Origin: a virus
Length of the DNA stretch: 64,000 bases
Virus record (IMG/VR): IMGVR_UViG_3300037424_001177
Location: 32,001-96,000 of that record
Direction: 5' to 3' (one strand)
Positions 27,159-36,827 of the stretch are shown piece by piece; position 1 is the first letter of the stretch; the number at the start of each line of letters is the position of its first letter. A model generated the notes under the pieces. It was not told the origin of the DNA, made no database searches, and saw only the letters and a program-made list of their open reading frames with translations. The translations under genes and the position numbers were made by a program.

Positions 27159-28094
27159 GTGGAGTTGCGGGCGACTAAAACTGTCGGTGAGCGTGAAGAG
27201 GACGAAGAGGCTCGTCTGGTTAGGGAGTCCCCTCGAGACAAGCCCCCGCGGCACGACAGGCAGCGCAACCAAGTCGATCCTGAACCTGAGCGGGATCCAG
27301 ATACGGATAGCGACCCGGACCGCAGCAAGAACTACAAATCGATTGGCGGATCTTCTTATGATTTCCGAAAATCGATGAAGTTGGTTGAAGCTGTTTACCA
27401 CGGCGTCGATCCTAAGGATCACAAGCCCCCGGCCGGAGCTACGTGGGAGCAACGTCGGGACCCCGATGAGAGCTTGATCCTTAGGCTTGCGCGTGAGCAC
27501 TTGGATTCAGAGCTTCTGCGTCTGATGGATCCTGAGACCAAGTACCGAGCAGCTTTGGACCTGGCGATATGTGGTGCTGGTCCTACGACCAGCACGGACT
27601 TGGATCCCATGGTCTACAACCGCTTGCTTGCCAAGTTGTCTGGTCGATCTGAGCCAGGGGTTGGGAAGAATACTCTTTTGACAATTCAGTCAAGTACGAG
27701 AGGAACAGTTATGACGAAAGAGCAGAAGACAGCAGTCGATACGGTTTTGAGCAACCTCGATACAGCTGCAAACACAATTCAGGAGCGACACGCGTCTTGG
27801 GGCATGCCGTTTGAAACGGCCAAGGGGCTTGTCAATCATTTGGACAAAGTCGCGGATCGCGTCGAAGCAGGTATGTACGGGCGGGGCTCGTTGGTGAGAC
27901 GTCAAGTTGAGACTCTGAAGAACGCTAAGGTCTTGAAGAGCGATTCCGACGAGCCGTACATGTCGACGTTCAATTCCCCTTCGAAGCCCATACAGACCGA
28001 CGCTGACGAGCCCTACATGGCGGCTTACGCTGACGACCAAACACAGGCGGTTCAGGACGGCAAGTCATCTACAGGGCGCGCTCTCGCACCGTGA
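27159..28094 (+). CDS. hypothetical head-module protein (possible internal start ATG 27711)
   Basis: Charged N-terminus; D.DEPYM occurs twice; SD GAGGA precedes ATG 27711. Confidence 0.6.
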   Translation: MELRATKTVGEREEDEEARLVRESPRDKPPRHDRQRNQVDPEPERDPDTDSDPDRSKNYKSIGGSSYDFRKSMKLVEAVYHGVDPKDHKPPAGATWEQRRDPDESLILRLAREHLDSELLRLMDPETKYRAALDLAICGAGPTTSTDLDPMVYNRLLAKLSGRSEPGVGKNTLLTIQSSTRGTVMTKEQKTAVDTVLSNLDTAANTIQERHASWGMPFETAKGLVNHLDKVADRVEAGMYGRGSLVRRQVETLKNAKVLKSDSDEPYMSTFNSPSKPIQTDADEPYMAAYADDQTQAVQDGKSSTGRALAP

Positions 28095-28098
28095 GTGC

Positions 28099-28761
28099 AT
28101 GTCTGACTACTGGGACTACGCCCGCTCGTTCGGCCCCGGTGACTTGGTCCAGAAGTTCGGGTCGCACGGTTTGTCACCCTACGTTGGGCGAATCGTAGAG
28201 GTCTCTCCTAACATCAAGGTCGCGTGGCCATTCGGTCAGCAGTCGACAGAGGAGTTCCTAGCTAAGGTAGGAATCACGTTCGCGGTGTGCCTGCCGTCGT
28301 CGGTGAATGGGTTTGGAACGAAGTCAGCCGCAGCTTGGTGGTTGGTCGAAAACCCGGAGTTCTATCGCGAGCTGGCCAGATCGTTTCATGCAGGTTTGTC
28401 TGAAGTTGTTTCTTACGATGACCAGTGGAGGCGGTACGGATCTGAAATTGGGGACACAACCATACGACAGGAAACCGCGAAATTCTACCGCTTTGCCGCT
28501 CTTGCGGAGTCCCTCTACTGGTCCGGTTTTGCTGACAAGCACGCTACGTATTGGTTTTCGCAGAATCGACAACATCGTGCAACACGTTCGGAAGTTGAAA
28601 CCGGTCGCCCGAGTTGCCCCAAGTGTGGAACGAGCATGCGACGTACGACATACAAGATGAGCAAAGGGCAGAAAGTCAAACTGTTCGCTTGTCCTCGAGA
28701 CCTCTACTTGATTCGACAAGCTGACATTTTGGGACCGGAAGGCGCCCCTGTTGGGTGGTGA
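28099..28761 (+). CDS. hypothetical protein with C-terminal Zn ribbon
   Basis: CPKCG...ACPRD. Confidence 0.6.
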   Translation: MSDYWDYARSFGPGDLVQKFGSHGLSPYVGRIVEVSPNIKVAWPFGQQSTEEFLAKVGITFAVCLPSSVNGFGTKSAAAWWLVENPEFYRELARSFHAGLSEVVSYDDQWRRYGSEIGDTTIRQETAKFYRFAALAESLYWSGFADKHATYWFSQNRQHRATRSEVETGRPSCPKCGTSMRRTTYKMSKGQKVKLFACPRDLYLIRQADILGPEGAPVGW

Positions 28762-29015
28762 TTGGCATGACGATGAACAAACAAGCCTTGCTACAAGCGG
28801 CGCATGCCTACCAGGAGTGTGTAACCGCAGGCAGCATCCGTCCCGAAGTGCTCAATGACTTGCAGCAGATCCTCAAGTCTGATGACAGTAAACGTTTTAA
28901 GATCTTTCTTGACAGTTTCAAAGGACACGTCGCAGCCCGGTATCTTTGTGAAGCCCTGTTGGTAAGCGGTCACGGCCAAACACTTCGCTCTACGATCAAG
29001 TTGTTGGAGGGCTGA
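28755..29015 (+). CDS. hypothetical protein
   Basis: Packed ORF. Confidence 0.45.
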   Translation: MVIGMTMNKQALLQAAHAYQECVTAGSIRPEVLNDLQQILKSDDSKRFKIFLDSFKGHVAARYLCEALLVSGHGQTLRSTIKLLEG

Positions 29016-29017
29016 AC

Positions 29018-29221
29018 GTGTCGTTTTTGAAGTACGGAGATGCCGTTGAAGTCAAGCCTGACTGCCCCAGTGGGGCAGTCAGGTCAGGTGCCGTACTTCG
29101 TCCGACGCTTCGCGTGATCTGTCCAGAGTGTGGTGCGGAGATGTTTTGTGTGGCGCGAGACATGTACAAGTGCCCTGTCGATGGTCATGTGACGCAGCAG
29201 GAAAGCAATGGCCTTTCTTAA
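29018..29221 (+). CDS. small Zn-ribbon protein whose N-terminus resembles that of the prohead protease
   Basis: MSFLKYGDAV versus MAFLKYANAV; CPECG...CPVDGH. Confidence 0.5.
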   Translation: MSFLKYGDAVEVKPDCPSGAVRSGAVLRPTLRVICPECGAEMFCVARDMYKCPVDGHVTQQESNGLS

Positions 29222-30629
29222 GTACGCCAATGCAGTGGTTGCTGAGCCTTTGGCGTCAGTTGACGTGTGGCAGCGCCGCGTCACCGCTGGACGCAAGGTT
29301 GCTGTACAGAGCACTGTGTTGCAGAAATACGATCCTGCACAGTACTTGTTGAGTCACGCCACGATCATGGCGTCAGTGGACACTGAAAATGGTCCAGGTC
29401 CGCTAGGTCGTCACTTGCAAGGCAGCTTTGAGGTCAACCGACGTTTTCTTGATTACTACATCACGCCGGAGACGACACGTTTTATCAACAATAATTTCGA
29501 CGCATGGTCTCGACCGTTGTTGTTGGCTACGTACCGTACGTTCATTGGTGCTCAGAATTACATGGAGCACCTGCAAGTAAAGGAACTCTCCAAGGGACGG
29601 ATCATTGATGCTGTAGCTCGTGACACAGGTCCGAGTGTCTACATTGACATTTTGGTAGCGACTGAACGGAAGCATCGATCTTTGGTTGCTGGGATCGAGT
29701 CTAGGAAGATCAATTCTCTCAGCATGGGTTGTTCGATTCTCTATAGTCAGTGCTCGTTCTGTGGAAACGTTGCCACTGACGATACTGAGCTTTGCGGACA
29801 CATAAAATATGCGAAGGGAAACACGTTCAAGGACGCTTTCGGGAAGACGCACAGAGTGGCAGAGTTGTGTGGCCACAGCTCAGAAAATGATAGCGTTAAA
29901 TTTATCGAGGCATCTTGGGTTGCGAATCCTGCATTCAAGGGAGCCGTCGTTCGTAACCTCTTTCCAGGCGAAGCCGCCGCGTCCCAACTCAACCAAGTTT
30001 TGCCCCTGCGTCCACCAACGGCGACTCCTGGTGCTTTGCTCAAAGCCGCACAAGATCAGAACCCCTTCGTTGATCCGTCAAACGAGGTGACACCTTCTGA
30101 CTCCCCGAGCGATATTGATACCGCCGTTGATGAAGTCGCTAAATTGATTCGACAGAAGGCTTTGGAGAAAGTTCGAAGTGACCTGAACGATCCTGTTCCA
30201 CCACGTGCAACTCTGCGAGACGACACGAATGGAGGTCTCACACATGAAGCTTCCCTTCAATTCCCAATCGACAAGTCAGTCGAGCGTTACTTGTCCGCTC
30301 GAATACGGAATCCGGACTGTGTGCAACGAATCTTGACAGGTCTTGTCCTACATCGACTCGGCGGTTGGCAACGTGTCGCGGACAACAAATCTTTGTCAGG
30401 TCCAGAAGTACTTGTAATCTCTAGGATTTTGGACCAAATGGGTCGAATCAAGCAGGCGGGGACTGATCGGATTTATCGCACTGTTCTTGGAGCAGGCGGT
30501 CTGCGTCGACATGGTGGAAATACCGCATTTTTAGCGGTTTGTCAGAGGGTTTTGGGCCGCGTGCTCACAGCGGCTGAGCAAAAAGCTTTGATCGAGAAAG
30601 GTCAGCTCTTTGACCTGGGAACTACGTGA
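29208..30629 (+). CDS. prohead (capsid maturation) protease with Zn-finger insertion
   Basis: NYMEH, KGRIIDA, SLSMGC, CSFCG..CGH..ELCGH, FIEASWVANPAF (HK97-type protease H/S/E motifs); located before scaffold and MCP. Confidence 0.75.
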   Translation: MAFLKYANAVVAEPLASVDVWQRRVTAGRKVAVQSTVLQKYDPAQYLLSHATIMASVDTENGPGPLGRHLQGSFEVNRRFLDYYITPETTRFINNNFDAWSRPLLLATYRTFIGAQNYMEHLQVKELSKGRIIDAVARDTGPSVYIDILVATERKHRSLVAGIESRKINSLSMGCSILYSQCSFCGNVATDDTELCGHIKYAKGNTFKDAFGKTHRVAELCGHSSENDSVKFIEASWVANPAFKGAVVRNLFPGEAAASQLNQVLPLRPPTATPGALLKAAQDQNPFVDPSNEVTPSDSPSDIDTAVDEVAKLIRQKALEKVRSDLNDPVPPRATLRDDTNGGLTHEASLQFPIDKSVERYLSARIRNPDCVQRILTGLVLHRLGGWQRVADNKSLSGPEVLVISRILDQMGRIKQAGTDRIYRTVLGAGGLRRHGGNTAFLAVCQRVLGRVLTAAEQKALIEKGQLFDLGTT

Positions 30630-30703
30630 TTCCTTTTTTACCGGTGATCTGGGTGATGACCAAGTTTTCTGCGGGGGACGAAAACGGACGGAGAAGTTAA
30701 GCT

Positions 30704-31879
30704 ATGCGTGAACGATCTACATGGGACCGCGAGAGAATTGCCAAGTTGGCGGCTGATCCTGACTCGATGCGACCTGAGAATTTGCAGGCCCAACCTGCTG
30801 CCGACGCATATGTGATCGGTACACCCTCAGACTTCGCGGAGGATGTATCTCCGAGTCGGTGGAAGGACGAGTACGACTCTACTGGCTACACTCGTGTGAA
30901 CGAGATCGGGATGCCAGCGTTCAGGCCTGACACTTTCAAGACCGCTGCCGAAAAACAAGAAGAAGATGAGAAGCTCGAGAAGAAAGCTGAGGTCTGCCTC
31001 CAGCTTTCCAAGCATCTCCTCAAGAATGCTTCAACGCAGCTCCTAGAGGATCAGGCTCTCGGATTCATGCACCTGCCTGACAGTGTTTTGATCGACACTG
31101 TTCGACGTCTCGCCTCTGACGAGGATCAGCAAGACGACGACGACAAAGACAAGGGCAAGCAAGCTCAGGATCAGCAGCAAGACCAAGCTGACGACGACAA
31201 AGACAAGGGCAAGCAAGCTCAGGATCAGCAACAGCAAGACGAGGATCCTGACAAGAAGAAGCAAGCTCAGGATCAGCAACAGCAAGACGACGCTGACAAA
31301 GAGAAGAAGGAAGCTCGTGAGAAGCTTGCCGCAAAAGCTCTCGTGGCCATGCAGCAGGGTGATATGGCCACTGCTAACCAGATGGTTCAGCAATTGGCCC
31401 AGCAACAAGTTCAGCAACAGCAGGTACAGTCCCAGCAGCAGCTAGAAGCTCAGCTCCAAGACATGGTGCAACAAGCTGTGCAGCAGCAGCTGCAACAACA
31501 GCCTCCGCAGCAACAAGCTCAGCAGCAGCAACCCATGCAACAACAGCCACAGATGGAGATGGCTAACGACGACATGGGTTTCTTTCAGGACATGGGCCCG
31601 TCGATGATGGTCGATGACGTGGCAGTGGACCCTGATCTGCAACAGATCTTCGCTTCAGCACCTGAAGCCCAGAATGCTCAAGCAGCTTTCGGTATCACAG
31701 CCAGTGCTGCTGATCCAGGTACCCGGACCAAGACTGCTGCAAGTCGTACACTTGGAACAAAACCTCCAGGTGTGAGCCGTATCGGCGGTACCCCAGGTTC
31801 GGACCTTCCGGCAACCGGATCTGACAACCTCGCAAATCTGTGGGACGCCCCACCCGACGTGCGACACGCTTTTCGTTAG
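30704..31879 (+). CDS. scaffolding protein (D/Q/K-rich low complexity)
   Basis: Located between protease and decoration/MCP; poly-Q and DDDKDKGKQAQDQQQ repeats. Confidence 0.7.
   Translation: MRERSTWDRERIAKLAADPDSMRPENLQAQPAADAYVIGTPSDFAEDVSPSRWKDEYDSTGYTRVNEIGMPAFRPDTFKTAAEKQEEDEKLEKKAEVCLQLSKHLLKNASTQLLEDQALGFMHLPDSVLIDTVRRLASDEDQQDDDDKDKGKQAQDQQQDQADDDKDKGKQAQDQQQQDEDPDKKKQAQDQQQQDDADKEKKEAREKLAAKALVAMQQGDMATANQMVQQLAQQQVQQQQVQSQQQLEAQLQDMVQQAVQQQLQQQPPQQQAQQQQPMQQQPQMEMANDDMGFFQDMGPSMMVDDVAVDPDLQQIFASAPEAQNAQAAFGITASAADPGTRTKTAASRTLGTKPPGVSRIGGTPGSDLPATGSDNLANLWDAPPDVRHAFR
31118..31303 (+). repeat. tandem coding repeats (aagcaagctcaggatcagca... x3)
   Basis: The KQAQDQQQ unit occurs three times, with DDDKDKG spacers. 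Confidence 0.85.
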
Positions 31880-31962
31880 TCCAAATCCGACTAGCGCCTC
31901 AGATGGAATGAATCGTGGCCCAGCACCTTCTGGGACGAATCCACCCCAGCTAGGAGAAATCT

Positions 31963-32586
31963 ATGCCTTTGAGTATCGGTCAAGGCTCGGGTGACTTCAG
32001 GGAAACCTCTGGTCGTGTACAAATTCTGCACTCTGGGATCCGCAACTCAATTGGGATCCTGACTGTCGATGCGTTCACGCAAGCGAATCCCCCAGTCGTC
32101 ACCGCAGTAGCCAACAAATCAACCACTTTGAGTGGGATCACCAGAGTTGGTGTTTTGGGAGCCACGGTGGCGTTCACACGCCCCGATGGTGGTAACGGCT
32201 ACATCGGCGGCCCCGTGCAGATTGCTGCGGCCTACGTTGTTGGCCAGAAGCCACTCGGTCTCTTCATCAACGACGCACTCGGAAACCCATTCGAGAACAC
32301 GCCTGGCGTCGCTTCAGGCCGAGGACCCTTCCTCTGTGGTTTCGGCACACATGCCGTGAGCCTGTGGGAAACCCAGCAACAAGTTGGCGGCTCTGCTGCT
32401 CTCACATACGCGCAGGGCGACAAACTCTACGCGAGCGTCAATGGTCTTTTGACGAATCGCGTCGAGGACGCTTACGAGTGGAACGTTGCCGGCCAGAACG
32501 ACCGGGACTTCGTCACCCTCATGGGGATCGTACGAATCGCCCCAGACGCTAACAACTCACTACTGGTTCTGGATCTCCGGGTCTGA
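31963..32586 (+). CDS. head decoration/cement protein
   Basis: ~200 aa Gly-rich beta protein immediately upstream of MCP; PLGLF, GDKLY.S.NGLLT, MGIV..AP; SD AGGAG. Confidence 0.7.
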   Translation: MPLSIGQGSGDFRETSGRVQILHSGIRNSIGILTVDAFTQANPPVVTAVANKSTTLSGITRVGVLGATVAFTRPDGGNGYIGGPVQIAAAYVVGQKPLGLFINDALGNPFENTPGVASGRGPFLCGFGTHAVSLWETQQQVGGSAALTYAQGDKLYASVNGLLTNRVEDAYEWNVAGQNDRDFVTLMGIVRIAPDANNSLLVLDLRV

Positions 32587-32606
32587 TCTCGGATTTGAGG
32601 TGAAAC

Positions 32607-33491
32607 ATGTCAGCTTCCATAATCAGTAACGAGATCCGACAGCGCCTAATCGGCGAACACATCAGAACACCGCAAGGGCGTGAGAAGCTTGCGGCTTCGA
32701 TGATTCAATCGTTGCGTCTACGACGCGACTACGTGGCAGTCATCCGGAAGAGCTTCCTCGTGGAAGAGCTGCCTGACGGCGCCTTGCCTGTTTACGACAA
32801 GGATCCTGAAGTCACGGCGTTCGTCGTCGGTGAAGAAGGCGCCAACATCCAGTCGATCCAGAAGTCACGTCGTGTGATCTTCCCGGTCTTCGAGATTGCT
32901 TCGAATCCTGAGATCCCGCTCTCCCAGATCAAGGAGCGCAGGTTCGACATGATCGAACGTGCTCAGGACCTGGCGAAAGCGCAGATTGCAGCAGCTGAAG
33001 ACGAGCGTGGTTTCGCAATCGTTGACAGCGTTGCTGTCAGCGGCTTCGACACACTACCCGGTCAGACCAACCCTGACTTGGCTGTGGTCGCACCGGTCTC
33101 ACCGTCGTTCTTGGCCGATGCATTCGCAGAGGTCGAGCGTCACGGGCTTCGGGTCGCCCGGATCTTCATGAACGCAACTGACTACGCGGACATCCGCAAG
33201 TTCGGTCGGGACATCCTGGATATCGAAAGCCAGGCTGTTCTACTCAACACAGGTCTACAAGCCGTGTTGTGGGGAGCGCAGATCATCACGAGCAGAATCG
33301 TACCGGTTGGGTTCATCTACATCTGCGCGGAAGCGGAGAACTTTGGCCGCTTCCCTGTTCGCACAGAACTCACCGTTTTGAGCGCTGATGATCCGAAAAA
33401 TAGGTTGATCGGATTTTCGGTTTTTGAGAACATCGGCATAGGGGCGTTCAACCCACGCGCCATCAGCCGACTGGTCGTGACCAGAGTTTGA
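32607..33491 (+). CDS. major capsid protein (HK97 fold, short encapsulin-like type)
   Basis: GREKLAASM..LR.RRDY, VEELPDGA.PVYD.D, FEIASNP.I...I..RRF, AEVE.HGL.VA.I.MN, G.FPVR, G.SVFE.IG; SD GAGGTG; terminator follows. Confidence 0.85.
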   Translation: MSASIISNEIRQRLIGEHIRTPQGREKLAASMIQSLRLRRDYVAVIRKSFLVEELPDGALPVYDKDPEVTAFVVGEEGANIQSIQKSRRVIFPVFEIASNPEIPLSQIKERRFDMIERAQDLAKAQIAAAEDERGFAIVDSVAVSGFDTLPGQTNPDLAVVAPVSPSFLADAFAEVERHGLRVARIFMNATDYADIRKFGRDILDIESQAVLLNTGLQAVLWGAQIITSRIVPVGFIYICAEAENFGRFPVRTELTVLSADDPKNRLIGFSVFENIGIGAFNPRAISRLVVTRV

Positions 33492-33522
33492 TTTAGGTCA
33501 ACTTCCCTAGATCACTGTTTTG

Positions 33523-33559
33523 AGAAGCCCGAATCGGAAACCCCGATTCGGGCTTTTCT
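33523..33559. terminator. intrinsic terminator, probably bidirectional
   Basis: aagcccgaatcgg / ccgattcgggctt form a perfect 13-bp stem ending in a T-run, between the convergent MCP and nuclease genes. Confidence 0.85.
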
Positions 33560-33582
33560 GATTTGGTGGTACGTTGCTTCGA

Positions 33583-33951
33583 TCAAGTTTTAGGACCAAC
33601 ACCAAAGTATCGCGTTGCGTGACCTTGTTTGATTAGTTCCTCGTTGACGTCAATCTCCGTACCGTCAGCTTGTTTGACGTGGATGACTGCCAGGTACCGA
33701 CCGTACTTGTCAGACTTCGTGCTCTCAATCTTCAAGGGGTTTCCAAGTTGTGCAGCTACGGCAAGAAGTCGTTCAAGCTCAGCCTTGGCCGCGAGCCCAG
33801 CTGTCTTAGTTGTGCCGATCACTTCCGGAGTGTTGATTCCGTAAAGTCGAAAGTCTAGTGTGGCATGGATCCCGAAGCCGAGGTTGACATCAAGCCAAAT
33901 TGTGTCTCCGTCGACAACGCGTAGAAGCTTGGCGTTGTACTCGTAAATCAT
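33583..33951 (-). CDS. thermonuclease (SNase-like)
   Basis: YEYNAKLLRVVDGDT, RLYGINTPE, DKYGRYLA, VNEELI..G.A. Confidence 0.9.
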   Translation of the reverse strand: MIYEYNAKLLRVVDGDTIWLDVNLGFGIHATLDFRLYGINTPEVIGTTKTAGLAAKAELERLLAVAAQLGNPLKIESTKSDKYGRYLAVIHVKQADGTEIDVNEELIKQGHATRYFGVGPKT

Positions 33952-34053
33952 GGTGCAGTCCTCCACTGGTAGCGATCCCATCAAACGGACCTGAGACGGA
34001 AACTACTTTTGAACCCGCTGCATTGTTAGTCAGTCAGTACACCTCCTTGAAGA

Positions 34054-34788
34054 GTGAAAGAGCCAGGAACCCATAGGCTCCTGGCTCTTTCGTTATTGGT
34101 GTTCGCTCACGGAGTGTCGAACACGAACAACTTGTGGGGTGCATGGGCGGAACTCTTTCGTACTGAGACGCGAAAACCATACTTCCGCGACTTGGTTGCT
34201 TTCGTGCGCAGCGAACGGAAGCAGTTTCAGGTTTATCCGCCTTCACACAAAGTATTCAACGCCTACAAGGCGACCCATCTCGAAGACGTCCGCGTGGTGA
34301 TCTTGGGGCAGGACCCCTATCACAAGCTCGGACAGGCTCATGGCCTCTGTTTCTCCGTGCCCCACGGTTACGTCCCACCACCGAGCCTACAGAACATCTA
34401 CGTCGAGCTTGAGCGGGACGTAGATGTTTCGAGACTCAAGGGAGGCTCCTTGTGGGGATGGGCTCGACAAGGGGTCTTGCTTCTCAATTCGGTGCTGACA
34501 GTTCGTGACAGTGAGCCTGGTTCGCACCGAGACCACGGCTGGGAAACGTTTACAGACGCGACCCTTCAAGCTGTCAATGCTCTTGACCGACCCGTTGTCT
34601 TCGTTCTTTGGGGCCGCTATGCGCAAGCAAAGCGGCGTTTTGTCGATGAGTCCACGCACACAGTGATCGCCTCCTCACACCCTTCACCACTTTCTGCAAG
34701 CAATGGGTTTTTCGGTAGTCGCCCTTTCTCTAGAATCAACGCAGCCCTCGCACAACACCAAACCAAACTGATCGACTGGGCACTCTAA
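34054..34788 (+). CDS. ung: uracil-DNA glycosylase (family 1)
   Basis: GQDPYH, AHGLCFSV, PPSLQNI, GVLLLN, HPSPLS. The true start may be downstream of 34054. Confidence 0.93.
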   Translation: MKEPGTHRLLALSLLVFAHGVSNTNNLWGAWAELFRTETRKPYFRDLVAFVRSERKQFQVYPPSHKVFNAYKATHLEDVRVVILGQDPYHKLGQAHGLCFSVPHGYVPPPSLQNIYVELERDVDVSRLKGGSLWGWARQGVLLLNSVLTVRDSEPGSHRDHGWETFTDATLQAVNALDRPVVFVLWGRYAQAKRRFVDESTHTVIASSHPSPLSASNGFFGSRPFSRINAALAQHQTKLIDWAL

Positions 34789-35462
34789 TGCTTTTGTCAG
34801 TTTGTGTGTATGTGGTCTCCAACACTATTTCGAACATCGTCTCTAGATTTAAGTGCCTTGCTTCAAGCACCTCTAGAGAAGCTGGTGTCCCGGGCCGATT
34901 TCACGTACCCCGCTCGTTCCATCTTCCCCCTGAGGTCCGAGACAAGGACCCCATTACTCCTGAGGGTACAGATCTCGCGATTTGGACTTGGGAATCGAAC
35001 GGCAAGCCGTACGGGATCGCTTTCTCAGGCAAAGCCAACAAGCCACTCTGGAACTATCGTTTCCTCAGTGAGGCCGATCGAGCCCGGAGAATCGAGGAAA
35101 CAATTGCGGGCCAGAGAACCCGGCTCAAGATGAAAGAGGATCGCCAACAGGAGCGGCGTGAGTTCAAACACGAGTCGGATGTTGGTGATATTTACTACAC
35201 GAGTTGGGGCTATGATCAGACAAACATCGACTTCTATGAAGTGGTCGAGGTTCGAGGCAAGGTACTCCTCGTTCGAAAGATCGCAGAGAAGTCTACAGGC
35301 GGACACGAGGCTACTGACTACGTAGTAGCCGTTCCTGGCAAGTTCACGGGACCTGTCAAACGCGTCCGTCCGTCGGGACAGTCATTCACCATCGACGGTC
35401 ACTCCGCCAGCAAGTGGGACGGAAAGCCCAAGTACCAAACTGCGTTCGGTTACGGGCATTGA
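34788..35462 (+). CDS. hypothetical phage protein (likely start GTG 34812)
   Basis: VGDIYYTSWGYDQTNIDFYEVV, a motif I recognise from phage hypothetical proteins. Confidence 0.6.
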   Translation: MLLSVCVYVVSNTISNIVSRFKCLASSTSREAGVPGRFHVPRSFHLPPEVRDKDPITPEGTDLAIWTWESNGKPYGIAFSGKANKPLWNYRFLSEADRARRIEETIAGQRTRLKMKEDRQQERREFKHESDVGDIYYTSWGYDQTNIDFYEVVEVRGKVLLVRKIAEKSTGGHEATDYVVAVPGKFTGPVKRVRPSGQSFTIDGHSASKWDGKPKYQTAFGYGH

Positions 35463-35514
35463 CACTCTACGGATCTTGGACGATCCGCCAAAAACAAATA
35501 GAAGGAGATCCAAA

Positions 35515-36426
35515 ATGGGAACACAACAATACGTCGAATACACAGTCACTCAACGCTTCTTGTTGGGAGGCTTAAACGTTCCAGTTGAAAAAGACACCAC
35601 CATCATGTTTGACGGGACTCGAGTGGTGATCGATGGCCAAGATCCTGTCGTTTTGCCTCAGCTTCGCGGGGCCATCAAAGCCGGTTGGCTAAAGAGTCGA
35701 GTTGCGACTGAAACACCAAGTCTTGCACGTACAGCTGCGAAGAGACATTCTCCGCCAAGGGCTGGGATCAGAGTCGGTCCAGCGCAAGGTGGCAATGTCA
35801 TGGATCCAACGGTCCAGCAGAAGAACTTGGCGAGCACAGAGGCGCCCATCGAGACGGGTAATGTGACCACCGTTCGAACGCTTCGCACAGCGGCAAAAAG
35901 TTCGACAAATCTAGGACTGGAAAACCTTTCCGAGATCAACAACCAACTCAACCAAGTTCAGATCGATCCCGCAGAGAGGCAGACGGTTGACGAAATGTCA
36001 TCAGATGACGCCGAGTTCTTTCAAGCTAGCATGGATGTTGGGCGCGATGCAGTTTCAAAGCGCATTGCCAGTGAAGACGGGATCATGTCTACTGTGACAC
36101 TCGGTACTCCCAAGACTTCTGCACGTCCTGGGGACGATGTTGTCGTTCAGGACGGCTTTCGGATCACAAACACGAATGGCCCGGGTTCGATGAAGCCGTT
36201 AACTCCGCGTGTTGCCACGACCGACACTCGTAGGAAAGTCGCGAGATCCATTGCCTCAGACTTCCCAGACAACTACGATTTCGATCAGCCCGTGAAGCGC
36301 AAGGTCGCCCGTTTGGTGGCGGACTACGGAGATCGTCAGGATGTGATTCGAGCCGCTATGGCAGCTGAGACTTCTGTCGAGACCCGTGACGCGATCATCT
36401 CTGAGTTCCCGGAGATTTTCGCATGA
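35515..36426 (+). CDS. hypothetical (putative head) protein
   Basis: SD AAGGAG; several R-x-A motifs. Confidence 0.6.
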   Translation: MGTQQYVEYTVTQRFLLGGLNVPVEKDTTIMFDGTRVVIDGQDPVVLPQLRGAIKAGWLKSRVATETPSLARTAAKRHSPPRAGIRVGPAQGGNVMDPTVQQKNLASTEAPIETGNVTTVRTLRTAAKSSTNLGLENLSEINNQLNQVQIDPAERQTVDEMSSDDAEFFQASMDVGRDAVSKRIASEDGIMSTVTLGTPKTSARPGDDVVVQDGFRITNTNGPGSMKPLTPRVATTDTRRKVARSIASDFPDNYDFDQPVKRKVARLVADYGDRQDVIRAAMAAETSVETRDAIISEFPEIFA

Positions 36427-36827
36427 AGCACATGACGGAAGAACTCCTTCTGGAGAGGATTTCGGCTCTCCAGAAGGACGGTTTGACGGTTTACCGGGCG
36501 GATGATTCTGAGCGTGGCATGTTCGGGATCATCGTCCAAAACCCTGGACAGAAGCAGGTTCTTGAGTCGTTCCCCATGTTTGGCAACGGCCCTCTGACAC
36601 CTGAGCCAAAGGTCGTCTCTGCTCTCGAGCTTGTTGACTTCGCAAGGCAGGGAGGGGACTTGAAAATTTGTGACAACCCAATGGCGCGGCTTTGGGGACT
36701 CGTGCGCTACGAACCCGCACGAGGAGCCTCCGTTGTCCGTCAAACTACCTTGCGGTCTCTCAAAGAGAATACCAACGCCCTAGCGTACTTGAAAGATCTT
36801 CGGAAGAAATTGGATCCATCAGGTTGA
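36423..36827 (+). CDS. hypothetical protein
   Basis: ATGA overlap with the upstream gene. Confidence 0.5.
   Translation: MKHMTEELLLERISALQKDGLTVYRADDSERGMFGIIVQNPGQKQVLESFPMFGNGPLTPEPKVVSALELVDFARQGGDLKICDNPMARLWGLVRYEPARGASVVRQTTLRSLKENTNALAYLKDLRKKLDPSG

Noticed and set aside
31043-31642. Leu/Val-rich minus-strand ORFs that look like membrane proteins
   Set aside because: They are antisense shadows of the Q/D/K repeats of the scaffold gene.
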